DNA from: Raillietiella orientalis
Lineage: Eukaryota
Length of the DNA: 64,000 nucleotides
Assembly (NCBI GenBank): GCA_036172245.1
Contig: JAYWIR010000016.1
Coordinates: forward strand, 62,001-126,000
Direction: 5' to 3'
Every line of letters starts with the position of its first letter. Positions within the stretch are counted from its first letter, which is position 1. The notes beneath the pieces are model-generated. The model was given only the letters and a program-made list of their open reading frames with translations, did no database searches and was not told the origin of the DNA. Position numbers and translations under genes: made by a program. Shown in pieces: positions 1 to 12,600 of this stretch.

Positions 1-1063
1 GTGACAATAGAAGTGAAGGGAACAAAAGTAGGTATCCAATGTGTTTCTACCTTATGCTTTTCTCAGCATAATTTAGAATCTTTGTGTGTACTTTATGTAC
101 TGCAATTATAATTTCTGATGCAGGAATGGTATGCAAAAGAGCCCATACAAATAAGAATTTAATTTCAAAGAGATCAAGACATAATCAAAAAATATCAATG
201 AAAACTGCATTGTACAAACAGGCAGAATATAAAACACCTCAGAACTGAAAATTTATAAATATTGAAACTGACACATATGTACAGCACTCTACAGCAATCA
301 AGTTAAACCTTAGATGTCCCTCCAATGACTTAAAATGATTTTTTTGAAAAGTACTTAGTAAAAGTTCCCTTGAAGATGTTAGAAAGTAATTTCAGATTTG
401 AAGGCAGGATGCACTTTAATCAATTATTATGTAAACACAATAAAATGTGTTTGAAATACCTATGTTCTATGAATCCAAAAAGATAGCAATAATGCTCTAA
501 TTAAGAGCTCTAAGGCAATTCCTGGAGATTCAATTCCTTATGCACGTTCTGTGACTTTACTGAGGTTCTCATATATTCAGAGTCTTGAGATCCATGATTA
601 CTTTCTTCTTTGTCAATGCACATAATGCAAAACAGTCATTAAGAATGTAACTGGAATAAAAGTAAATGATAAACCTTGCTCTGTGAGAGCACAAAAGGAA
701 TTAAAATAAAAATGAGGGAATAAAATAAAATGAAATCCTGAGATGAAGAATGCCTTATTCTTTATAAAAGAACCAAACATGTTGCCTTGTTTAATGCTTC
801 AAATTAAGAATCATTAACAATCAACACCAAATAACTTCAGGAGAATAAATAGGATCTTTTCAGATGCAACTTCCTGATACTGCAACCCAGAATACATTTG
901 CTTTATATGCTTATTAGAATTTCTTGTTGAAATGAAATGAAATGCCTCCTTCATTGCAATATTTTTTAAAAATGTCCGAGAGTAAACAAAACTTTTAATT
1001 CTGCATTTAAAAAGATAGTTCATATACAAGATATCTGCAATCAGTCTCAATATTTTGCATCAC

Positions 1064-3760
1064 CATGTAGGATTTGTCTAATAAATAGGAGAGTATCATT
1101 TCTCATAGCTCTTTAAAAACCTCATTTTCTAAATATTTTTCTGCTAGTGCACATCACTAGTTCTCTAACGTTTGCTTTGCTTGGGCTCACTTATAGAGAA
1201 TCGATAAATAAATGAAATAAAGTGGTAGTGCATATTTCTATGTACAAATGGATTGATTTCAAGCTAATCACGAACAATTATCCAAAATTTGTATTCCATA
1301 ATGAAATGAAAACAAATATTGGTCTTTCCTGTTTTCTAGAGCAAATTAGCAAAAAACCAAGCTCTCCATACTTTCAAACGTTGTGGTTACTTGGTTATGG
1401 TTTTCCTATGCCTACGTGACCATGTTGTCCACACTTTGTTTACTAACCCTCAAACAAAACATTTTGTTCTGAATAGATTTCCCTTCGAACTAAACTGCTG
1501 CTGATCAAATTTTTCTGCTATGTACAAATGAATGTGCCAGAAAAAAAAAAAAAGAGTCAAACATTCTGAGGTTGATGCAATGAAGTTTCAGTCGTGGGTT
1601 TCAGAAAGCTGCCAAAAATGAAAGCCCCCTCCAAAACGCTAGAAAGGGGAACAGCACAAGAACACAAAGGCATTTCGAATCAACTACCTTTCTTTTGGCA
1701 TGGAAACTGCGTCTGGGGATTAAACTTACAAATTACCTGTTTTTTGGATTGTTTAAAATGATATTTCGAATACCATTTGAATCGGTGACCTTTGTGAGGA
1801 ACCTTTTTGCCCAAATCCATGGCTTACTACATTTTGTTGTGCTGAAGGTGCTGCAAATGGCTTTCTGCATATTCGTATGTGTGGCAGCAAACTTGCAGTG
1901 GCAAAACTCGAACTTGCCAAAGTCACTTTTGCAATTTCTCGGTTGGTGTATTTATTTTCTAATTACACGTTCTTTCCTTTTTCTTTCCGAAGCACACAGA
2001 CGACCGTGCAGAGCAACCCCTTTCGCAAGGAAGAAAAAACTGAACCTCGGACAGAAAAATCAGTTCCAGAAATGCTGCCACCATCTCCGTTGGACGACCG
2101 TGAGTCTTTCTACTGAAGGACCCGAATCTACATTTCTTTTTTCAGCCTTCCACGGTTTACAGCAGTCGGGACTCTGCCCACCCGACGCGTTGGTCACATT
2201 GGGAAAAATCTGCGGGACGGCCTCGTCAATCTGCGACCTTCGTCGTCCCGCACAAACACATCTGCACGTCACGCAGAAGTTGGGATGAAATCATCTCCAG
2301 ATAACGAGAGTACCTCGTGATAAAGAGGACATGGCCATCATCTTTCGCTCGCCCTCAAGGCATGGAAAGGATTGGCAGGGAGAGGGGCCTGCGGGGGCTC
2401 CTCGGTAAAAGACCAAATAGCGTCTTTTCGGAGTTGGTACTCTTGACCGTCCAAGCCGGTAGCTCGGCGGTATTTCCGGCGCAATGTGGCAGAACGTGGC
2501 AAAAATGAGATGGGAAACGGGACCTTTGGGATGCCACGAGTAACTCGTAGGGAATAGGCTAGAAGAGAAAACAAACAAGATTTGATCTTCTACCGGATAT
2601 CGGCCCAAGTGAAGTAGGCATCCAAGCACACGGAGCTGCCAGCGCCTAAAGTAATGAGGTCTGGGTGTGCAACAGTCATTCTTACCACGCAAAAAGGCAT
2701 CAGTTGACCTGACCGGTCTAGACATCGAAGATACCGTACAAACTCGAAATTCCAGTAGATAAAACAATGACCCAGAACGCTGCCAACTCAATGGTCGGTA
2801 AGCTATGGTTACAGAAATCTGATATGTCTGTCAAGCAAAAAGGAAAGTGAAATATGGTGAAATATGCATTCATGATTCAAAATTTCCATGTTTAAAAATG
2901 TGGGCTGCAGTGACTTACTGATAATCGGAATAACCTAATGATCCTAGCGAGGCACACAGATGCAGCTGCCCACACGTTGACAAGCATCTAAAACTCCTGA
3001 AATACGAAATTCCAGTGCTCTCCTTACACCTGCTCGGTCGATCCATGCAACAACCAAGTAGGGATTGCATTTGTTAGAGAATCAATGCCAATCGATTTCA
3101 TGTGAGGAAAGGTGTTCTTACGAGACGGTCAATCCAGTGAACTCAGACAAAAAAGCACCTGCTTGGGATCCTCTACGACAGAGGTGTCTTCACCAAGGAA
3201 GATTTGACCAACTGTAGATTCACCCACCTCATTGGAAACAGCTTGTAGCAAAGTTTCAAAGTACAGCACGTTGTTCACGAAATGCTTCCGTTTGAAGACG
3301 ACACTTTGAAAATATAGCTCTCATCCATTCACACTATACATACACATATATGCGTGCATTGCCCCTTTCCAAAGCATATGATGAGTAAGAACATGAATCT
3401 TAGTTTGCCTTTAAATTCGTGTCCTCCAACAATTTCAAAAGACACTACTTCTTTCAATCTTGCTCACTTGGTGTGCTTTTGGAGAAGGCGGCTAGTCGTG
3501 AGGGAAGAGAGAACGTAAATTGCTCACTTCACTCAGTTGCTGACTTCTTCCGGCCCGTGCCTACTTGTAAGGGCTCGAAAGACAGCACTTGGTCTGCACT
3601 GTCTCGTGCAAGGAGATCATGGATACCGCTGGGTCTGCGGCTCACCTCGTCTGTAATTTCTCTAAGCACAGCACTCGCCGAAAGTGGACCGGAGTCGAAC
3701 GGTGAAGAGAAGGAGAATTCTGGCACGAGGAATCGATACTCAAGATGGCGACAGCAATGA
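1064..3760 (-). pseudogene. Probable decayed multi-exon terminal nucleotidyltransferase (TUTase / non-canonical poly(A) polymerase-like) gene
   Basis: Minus-strand exon-like blocks with GT/AG borders occur in the order expected for an NTase plus PAP-associated fold. They read CEWMRAIFSKCRLQTEAFREQRAVL/ETLLQAVSNE (~3228-3332, needs a frameshift), VIPII|NISDFCNHSLPTIELAAFWVIVLSTGISSLYGIFDV* (~2717-2930), AYSL...LIFATFCHIAPEIPPSY (~2460-2558), FWRGLSFLAAF* (~1601-1638) and LEINPFVHRNMH...|TMRNDTLLF (1064-1263). These resemble the VPII, LYGALD, SL..IFF..PILP, LW.GL.FY and IEDPF...N motifs. By-eye similarity only; no continuous frame found. Confidence 0.35.
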
Positions 3761-5129
3761 CCTTCGCCCTACTCCGAGTATTTCCCGCCAGAACCAGAAG
3801 AGAGGGAAGGACTCAACCGACTAGAAAAGGAGAAAAAAAGTAGGTACGAGAGTCTCGCAGTCTCGGCTCAAGCTCATCCTCCACCTTGTTCCAGAGGCAT
3901 CTGTCTCTTGCAGAAACGTCATTCTCGAGGCATCTGTTTCGGAGAGTCGCCCTCTTGAGCATTGGACGTTCAGGACAACAGTGCACTGCGGGATGAGGTG
4001 CCTCGCTCGCCTACTTTCTTTCCTTCCGGGCAGCAGCAACGGAGGACCTTCTTTCTAGCACAGTGTACCACAGATGGCGGTAGCCCAGCCGCCGAGGATC
4101 GCATTTCATACCCAAAGGGCTGTGGTCGAGAATGGCAGTGTGGAGCCCGGAAAAGAAAGGGAAAAAGTCGTGCGAGGATACGAAGCTGCAGGCGGAACTG
4201 GGAAGCTGCCCAAGAGGATGTCGGGGAAAATTGGGAGTTGCGACGGAGAGACAGAGGGAAAAAAAAGGGGAGGGAGGGAAGAGGATTGGGTTAAGGGATG
4301 CCGGGAGTGTAATGTAGTGCAGGGCACCGGGAGCGCGAGACGGAAAGGTGTAATCAAGGAAACGAAGGGACGTACTGCAGAGCGACGGCCGTTGCCTGAC
4401 GAATGGGCATAAGCTCGAAAGGTCGAGTCGGGATCGCCAAGGGGTTGCTGCTAGGAAGGGCGTTCCTCTTGCAGTGAAAGGCAAGATGGGGCCCAGATGT
4501 TGGCAGTCCGCAAGAGACGGGGAGCGAGGCAGGTGCCTGGAACAGAAGAGCTTCAAAGCTCTAGAGATCCGTTTTCGATGGGTGCACGCGCGTCCGGATG
4601 AGTTGCGTAGCGTCCAGCTGATGAGCATCGAAACACTGTTTTTCCTTCCGTTCCCGGACAAGAGGGGTCCGTTCCTTCCCCAAGTCCACGGGCTTCCCCA
4701 CCCGATAAGCGACCTCGCAGCACGCCAGACGGCTCCAACAGCGTGCGTAGCAGATGAATGCGGAGCCATCCGATAACGCAATCCCAGCACGGAGGAAGAT
4801 GGCGACGGGAAGCGCGCAACCCACGCCACCGACAAGGGGAGGAAGCCCATTCTCTCCCTCTTGCCCTCCCTCCCTCCCAAGGAACAGGAAACGCTCTGGC
4901 AACTCCTCAGATGCGGCCGCGGAACAGGGCGTTGCACTTGGAGAAGGCATTTCGCGGTCCCTCGCGCTCCCCGAGAGCGGCGAAGCGGGAAGGGAGCGGA
5001 AGGAGCAAAGGTCACATCCGGAGGAAAGAGTGCGGAGGAGGTGGTCCAGGAGCGAAGGAGAAATCCGAAATCACTCCGCGGGCAGCCCACAGTCCGTTTA
5101 CGCGGCTAGGGGAGCCGCAGCGTTAGGAG

Positions 5130-6130
5130 GAGTCCATTGCTACCACGGCTGCAGACCTTCCGCGATGGCAACATCCCGAGAACCCTCCTTGTTCCCTTCG
5201 CTCTTACTAGTCAGGGGGCACAGAAGGCAGGATACTCACCCCCGCCCCCCTGCCATCCGAAGAAACTCCTGCGTCTCGTGCCAGACTCGGTGAGGGGAAA
5301 CCGACAGCAGAAACCGTGCCGTCTCACCACACAGCAAGCAGGCCGTGCTGCGTGCCACCCTACGGGCAAACGGGAAAGACGAGTCCAGAATCCCGCCGTC
5401 CTCGTGCTCCCAAAGCATCCGCGGAACCGAACGTCTAGACCGCAAAAGAGGAGACGCCAACGCCTTCGCCTGGGAAGGCGGGGCTGCCAAGGCTCCCCGG
5501 GCGCGAACCCCAGCTGGCAGCCACGGAAGCGCTCCCCCTCATGGAAGCGGGGAGCAACACGTTGGAGGTGCTGGGAGCGCCGCAGGTTCCCCCTTGGCAC
5601 CAACAACTCGTCCGTTCACATCAGGGGGTAGGGACGGAACCGGGATGGCCGGCTGGCGGCGGCGAAGCGCGCTACCTCTCCCGAATCAAAAAAAAGAGGC
5701 TCTTCCTTCACACAGAAGAAGGGGTCTCGAAACTCCCGAGCACTTCTGGCGACTTGTGGCGTCTCAGAGAGAAAGCAGGCAGGGCCGACAACCCGGAGAA
5801 GTCTCCGGCAGTCTCCTCGCAGAGGAAGGGATAAGGGGCTCATCTCCCCGTCGAACCCTTGCCGTGACCTGCACTCGGAGGAATCCAAAGGCATCCTGCT
5901 GTGGCGCTTCTTCACGCAGGGTAGGGTGCATGGATCGCAACGAGATGCTGCGTCCGCTCCATAGTGGCAGCTTCGTCCGCAGCTAAGGGAGGCCACCAGC
6001 ATGGCAGCCTCCTTGATGAGGGCGGCTGCAAGGTCGTCTCCCCTGCCGGAAGAACTCATCAGAGAGGCTACCGACAGCATACACAGCCGCTTCCAGAAAG
6101 AAAGGAACGAAGAAAACCAAAGACCCTCGT
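5130..6130 (+). other. Unidentified exon-like coding remnants, possibly a decayed gene
   Basis: Protein-like segments next to splice-like borders: LLPRLQTFRDGNIPRTLLVPFALT...PDS|gtgagg, cag|(S)KQAVLRATLRANGKDE, PCRDLHSEESKGILLWRFFTQG|gtaggg, gcag|LREATSMAASLMRAAARSSPLPEELIREATDSIHSRFQKE. No family recognised and no clean spliced frame. Confidence 0.2.
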
Positions 6131-6647
6131 CCTTTCCCTCCCGTCTTTTTTTATTTATTTACTTATTCATGGTCCTCTCCCTCTGTTGCCTACTTTTTTT
6201 TTAGAAGCCGGCCTGTGTGCCGGTGGTCATCCTCAATGAATTTCTTTCTTTCGGGGGCATCTTTCGTATTTAGGGGACGCTGTTCCCCTGATTCGTGGTT
6301 TGTTTTTTTTTTAGCGCACGTCCCGGTGGGACTGGGTACAGAATCCGAAACCCTTGTGCGACCGCGCTCGAAATTCCCACGCGGGGCGATTCCCGCGCTG
6401 CCCTCTGCGCACGGCTCGCCTCGCACGCGCGCTCGCTGCCCTCGCACGCGGCTCCCGATTCGCGGGACGTGGGGTGCAAGGACCGAGCCGAGGTTGAGGC
6501 GAGGCCGGCATCTCGAGTTTTTGGGGAGCTGTGCGGAAGCCCCTCCTCGCGGGCGGCGCGGAGGGGTGTCCGCTCCCCCAGCGCCCCCGCCCCGAGTCCA
6601 CAGGCACTTGTGCTCGCGCGTCTGTGCGCGCAGCTTCGGGGGTCCGA

Positions 6648-6672
6648 GCTGCTGCTGCTGCTGCTGCTGCTG
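6648..6672. repeat. (GCT)n microsatellite
   Basis: About eight perfect GCT units, seen directly. Confidence 0.9.
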
Positions 6673-9600
6673 TCACTTCGCAGGTGGCAGCACTCATTTC
6701 CGCACAAAGGCAAAAAAGTTGGGAAGGCGCGGTGCTCGTCACGTGAAAAGAATTTCATTTTCGAGCACAAAAGAGTGCAGGGGTTGAGAGTTAAACGGCC
6801 AAATTGGACGCTTTCAGCAATGAATGGTCGGACTCTAATTGGCCTCGAAACACCAGCCCACACTCTCGTGTTTAAACAATCAGCAGGTGATTAGAAGTCT
6901 TTCTTTCTGGCTACCTGCGGCCTGCTGGTTTCTCCGGGTCCGAATCTTCCTCCTCGCGCAACCGATTTCCAAATTTCTCCCTTGCAAACGTTTTTTTGCA
7001 TCTTCCGAATGACCCCCCGCGCCCTTCCTTCTTTCTTCCCCCCTTTTTTTTGGTTTCGCGTGCAGCAAGCCTCCTGGATCGTGTGGATGCGTCCAACGCG
7101 GTAAATCAGCTGTGGCTAAATTTCGACTCTGTGGCACATTTCGGCTGTTCTCGGGAAGGGCGCAGACAAGTGGTTGGATCTCCTCTTTGCTCGCGTCTGC
7201 TTGAGTCAAAGGGAGGAAGATTTTTCAGCAGCCAGAGAGCTGGAGCCGAAAATGCAAAGCCATTCGAACGGACGAACGAAAATCAACAAAACTCGAAAGG
7301 CTTCTCCTTCTTCACTCTAAATAAGTAAATAAACCCTTTTGATTTCTTTTTTCTTTCTTTTTAAAGCGGAACATTTTTAAGCATTCTGCCGATTATGGTT
7401 GTGTATCTTTCGTGGATACTCTTTCATGGTATTTACGTGTTGACCCGTGAGGCTCGTGTATCCTCCACGTTGTACTGGGGTCTGCTGTACATGGAACACA
7501 GCGTTGACTTTTACGTACGGATCGTCGTCGTTTTGCTTCCATCCTGAATAAAAAAGGAAAGAAAAAAACGGCTTACTTAGCATGGCAAAAGGTGGAATGC
7601 AAAAATTACGATTCCATTTGTTCAATGCGTTTGTTTTGCTGGGAAAGGGCTCTCTCTGGGGGCAGGGCGATCAGTATTCCGCAGCCCTGTCGGCCCGTGA
7701 AGTGACCGGATAAAAAAAGGGAATTCGGTCCCGAGACGTCTTCGGATCTCTTGCGCGGGTGCCTCCTCAACTGCATCTCCATGCCGCCTCTTAAGACACG
7801 GCTTTTCACGAACTCCGGCCTGAGATTCGATTCCGAAATGCAAATAGACGGTCTGATAAAATTATGTGGGCCCGAGCGCAGTCGGGAAGAAGAGGAAGAA
7901 AAAAGAAAGAAAGTTGGGGATCGTTCGGGTTGCAGCGGCACACGTCACCGCCGAGATGCGGTCCCCACTGCCGGGGGGGAGCGAAGGCGCAGGACGCTGG
8001 CTCGCCAAAGTGCACGCCTGGAGAGGGCGAGGACGGACGGACACACGCGTTGCCGGGCTGCTTTGGACGCACAAAACTGTTCCGTCCACGATTCGGGATG
8101 GCATTACAAAAAAATCACACGGATGGTGATTATCAAATGGACCGCTGAAGCTGTGGAGGGGCGATCAGCGTTTCGGAAAGGTCAGAAGGCACAAAAAAAA
8201 GGGCGCGTGCGCGCGCACACATCGTTGCTTGCACGTTTTCCGGCTTCACCATCGCATAGCAGACAAAGAGAGAGAACATTCTGGCGAGAGTGTCCAGACA
8301 GATATTCCTGTTTTTTTATTTCTTTCTATTACGATGGAGTATTCATAGACATTTGTTATTTGACATTTATTATTACCTTCTCCTCATCAGAGACATTGCT
8401 GCGTGGCGTTCGAAGCTTGAGCATTTGAGAACACTGTGTGACGTCATCAGTCTCCAAGATGGAAAGGCAAAAGGGATAAAAAAAACATCCCCGCCCATTT
8501 CCGCTGGTGGATTAGCGCGGGGATCCCGATGACATGGCGGAAGCAACTGGAGGGGAAAAGGTTCTTTCGAAAGTTCGTCCTTCCGTCGGCTTACGCGAAG
8601 AGAATCCGCACAAACACCGGGAAAGAGGAGCTGCACTGTGAAATCTGTAATTTTGGGTGTGCAGCCGCTCACGTCAACTTCATCGACATTTCGGCGGCTG
8701 GAAGGGAGAGGTGACTGGCTTTGAGATCGAAACCCAGCAGCAGTGGGGCCCCGATCTTCAGGCTGGAGAGAGCGTGGGAGCATCAAAGATGAGCCGATTC
8801 GAGCTACTGGCGAAGAACACCACGCAACACCAGGCAGCAGCGCGTTCTCGTGCCTCCCGCGGAAAACCGGACGGATGGCAACCTCCTAGAAATTCTCAAG
8901 GTCAAACCCATATCCAAATGCCCTGTGGAAGCTGGGAATCCACGCCTTTTCGGACGGAGGGGCACGGAAGGAGGAACGAGATCCACCACCACTTCCGAAG
9001 GTGACGATGATGACGGGAGAGACGCGGGTCCGTGGCGCTGTGCGCGGGATCTCTCTCTCGGAGAGGGAGTGTACGCCCCTGGAACGCTGCCGGACACAGC
9101 GCGCCACCGCTCTACCTGTGCTGCAGCCTGGCGGCGGAAGGGCAAACGGAGAGATGAAAGCTGACCGCAGAGGCTGCGTGCTACCGGGGGAAGAAGAGGG
9201 CCGGCATCCGCCGACGTGTTCGGCAGGCGGCCTGTCCTGTGGCACGACCTACCACGGCCACCTTTCTCCGTGGCCGAGCGCGCCCGTGTGGAGCCACGGA
9301 GGAAGGCGGTCCCCGGCTGGACGCAGCGCGTGCTTTCCCGCGTTCACCTGTCGATCGAACGCGGCGGATGAGAGGAGAAGGGGCCAACCAAGGGCGGGGA
9401 GCTCGGAGGCTCCGGCCCGACGCCTTAGGCAGTCGCAAGGGCGCGGGTCTGGAAAGCGTCGAGCAGGGAAGAGGGGGAGGAAAGGGGGGCGAAGACTGGC
9501 AAGACGACCGCGGGGCCCTCGCGAGCGCTTCCGACATCCCGGGGTAGGAAGCCGCCGGGCCCGGGTGCGGCGCCTCCCCCCCTTTCCCTGCGCGGCCGCG

Positions 9601-12600
9601 GACTGTCAGGCCTTCCCGAGCGCGTCGAGGGGGGCCAGAGCAGGCGGCAGGGGAGCAGCGAGACCGCAGGGACGTCTCCTGAGGGCGAGGAACGAGGGGA
9701 TGCGCGCGCGTCCTCAGCAGGTGTGAGGAGGGGCAGAGTCGAGAGGATGAGCCACGCCCTGAGGGGATGGGGGCGGAAGGAAAGGACTGATTCGCCCCAA
9801 CGAAAGGCGGCGCCGAGGCAGACGCGTGCTGCTGCTGCTGCGACAGCGGCGGCGCCCGTCCTGTCGAAAATTCTTCGCACACGGCCTCGCCCCAAGCCAA
9901 CGCTACATTTCACCCAAGCCTCCCTCCCCCCCTCCCGACCTTGTCGAACCGGAAGACCACAGCCGTGACGCCTTCGAGCTCTCCACGTGCGCATGTGTGC
10001 CGGCGATTTCCCGTTCGCTCGAAGGGCTGCTGGCCACTTTCGTCAAAGACGGATAGGGGACCACCCCCTCCTCCCCAGGTCCCTTCCTCCTCCTCCACCC
10101 GATGTAGCAGTCAAACTCTCGGGAATACCTGCGGCGGCCCAGAGTCAGCGCCAGCGCGCGAGGCAGAGCTGCGGCCCGATCTGCAAGCATGCGGGAAAAT
10201 CGTGGGACGCGCAGAACCTGCGGGGGGCTTGGAATTCTCCGAAAGTCCAGGAAAAGGCGAGGCAGTAGGGCGGAAGGGGAGAGGGAGGGGAGAGACGACC
10301 CATTGCGTGAGGGAGGAGCCTTCCAGAAGAAGGTGAGCCACCCATCAGGATGATTGGGGGAAGACGATCAGATACCCCCCCCCCCTTCTCTTCCCCCTTC
10401 GACACAACGGGCACACCCCAAAACGAGCTGCCCGACCCCCGATGAACATCCTTGTTGGGGGGTTCTGTTTCCTTGGGAGGAGGGGGGCACGAAATTCTTC
10501 AGCCGTGTCCAGGCCACCTGCGGGCGCGTGCAACTCTTCAAATTAGGGGGTGCCCCTGTAGGGGACTACCCTTTGAATCCAGGAAGGCTCAGGAGGAAGG
10601 ATTCCGTTCCCACTCTGACTCGATAGCTAGGGAACCCCGAAGGAAAAGTTCCTCTTCCTTGTTCTCTCCGGAGAGGATCCGCATCTCGTTTCCTCCTCCT
10701 CCGAAGAGAACCGCCAAGGGACGCTTCCCGATTCCTCCGAGGGGCGCTTCTTGCGCTCTGGAGAGGCAGCCCACGAGAGGGGTATCGACCCGCTCCACAG
10801 TACTCGATGAAGGGTTCTCCTCGAGGAAGGGGGAGGAGGACGATTCTTTTGCACAACCAGAGGGGAGTCCCGAAGGACTACTTGATGTCCTCGAAGGACA
10901 CCGGATGGACAGCTTCCGATCCTGGTTGGTCAATGGGGGTTCCTTCAGTGCTGCCGCACCCGACTAGGCCAACCAGCGTCATCTTGCGGGGAGAACTTCA
11001 AATCCACGACGCATCCCCCTCCCCCTTTCTCGGCGTCGATCCTTCCTTCCCCGGGCGGGATTCGAACCCGTGATGCTCGGCACATCACGCGCGGAAACCG
11101 CCGCAGCTACGCGGCCGCCAACGCAGGCCGAGAGAGAAGACTCGGGGTATTCCCGCGTCTTCGCGCAGCGAGACGCGACGGGCGAACAACAGAGTCTGCG
11201 CTGCCCCCGCCCCTCCCCCAGATTCCTATCGCTCCCACGACTCCTGGCCAGGAGAAATTCCTTCCATACGTCGACGTGCTCGGAGACCCACGCTGTTGGC
11301 TTTGCTAACCCTCCGTCTGGTCCTATGAACATATTCAACACTGCCCCTCGGGCGAACAGTCTACCGAGGCCGGATGTTGCAGCATCGCGCTCAACCCGTA
11401 CGGCCACTGCTGACGTCACGTTCCAAAGCAAGCGGGAGTCTTTCGCGGAAGCGCGGACCGAAGTCAGATGCCGGTGATGAAGAGGAGAGAGACTTCACCG
11501 TCGTGGCGTCCTTCAACGTGGTCCGTGCTCTCGGACTGTATGACCCTTGCCAGTAGGGTTCAAGGACCCTAAGGAAGTTGCGCCTCAGAGTACCCCGATC
11601 CTGAAAGTCTTCCAGGATCGTGGGGCCATCGCAACTGCAGGGACGCGTGTCAGGAGCACGTGTGGGGATTCTTCGTCCAGCCTGGCATACTCGACCAGGA
11701 TCCCCTTGCTGAGCTTTTCCCATCCCCGCCCTAGGAAGCCAAAGAAAAGGCAGGGTGACGGGGACTCCTGCCAGCGCGTTGCGGAGGAGCGACCGTTTGC
11801 TCTCAGGTGTGGTTGCTGGAAGGAGGAACCATCCATCTCGATGGATAGCGGTCAAATTCACGATGCCCGCTGGAGCAACCGTGGTGCTCTCCGCCTGACG
11901 ACGCTGCCATCTACGTGGGGAGGACGAGACAGCAGCAGGATCAGAGCAGGTTCAATGACCAGTGGCCATGAAAAAGGATGAGCGTGCCCGGGAGGGAGGG
12001 CAGTGGACGAACGAGAACGAGAAGCAGAGCTCCTCTGTTCCCACCGCCCTCTCAATTGCCCTTCCTCGGGCCATGGCTGTCCACGTGGGAAGTCCGAAAG
12101 GGAACACTCCCTCTGGTGAAGACAGGAGGAGGCAGGTGGGGACCGGGGCATCTGCCGACCTCCGCGCCCTCTTCTGACGGTAGCTCGTGGACGGAGGGCG
12201 CACCCTGGAAGGAGACGTGAGTCCAGTCAGGTCCGGTGCCCCATCAACACCAACCGCTCAAGAGGGGGACCGCCAGTGAATTGACGAAACAGAGAGAATA
12301 TCCACGAGGTGGGTTCGCGGACCCACTCCCGGACAGAAAGTGGAGTCTCTCAAGTAAAGCGCCGAACGAGCGCCCCCTTCCTTCCGACGGAGACGGCATC
12401 ATCGCCTGGAGGAAAACCGACATTCTGAGCATGGACCGGGAAGCGGTCGCGGGTCGACGTGGAAAGGACGGAGGGACGAGCGGGCAGCGCGACATCTGGA
12501 TGGGGGGAGGAGGAACGCCGGGGAACAGCCCGGATGGAAAGACATGCTCGATGACGAGGACGAGGACGTTGGACGCGTGGGACAAGGGGAGCGACGCAAA

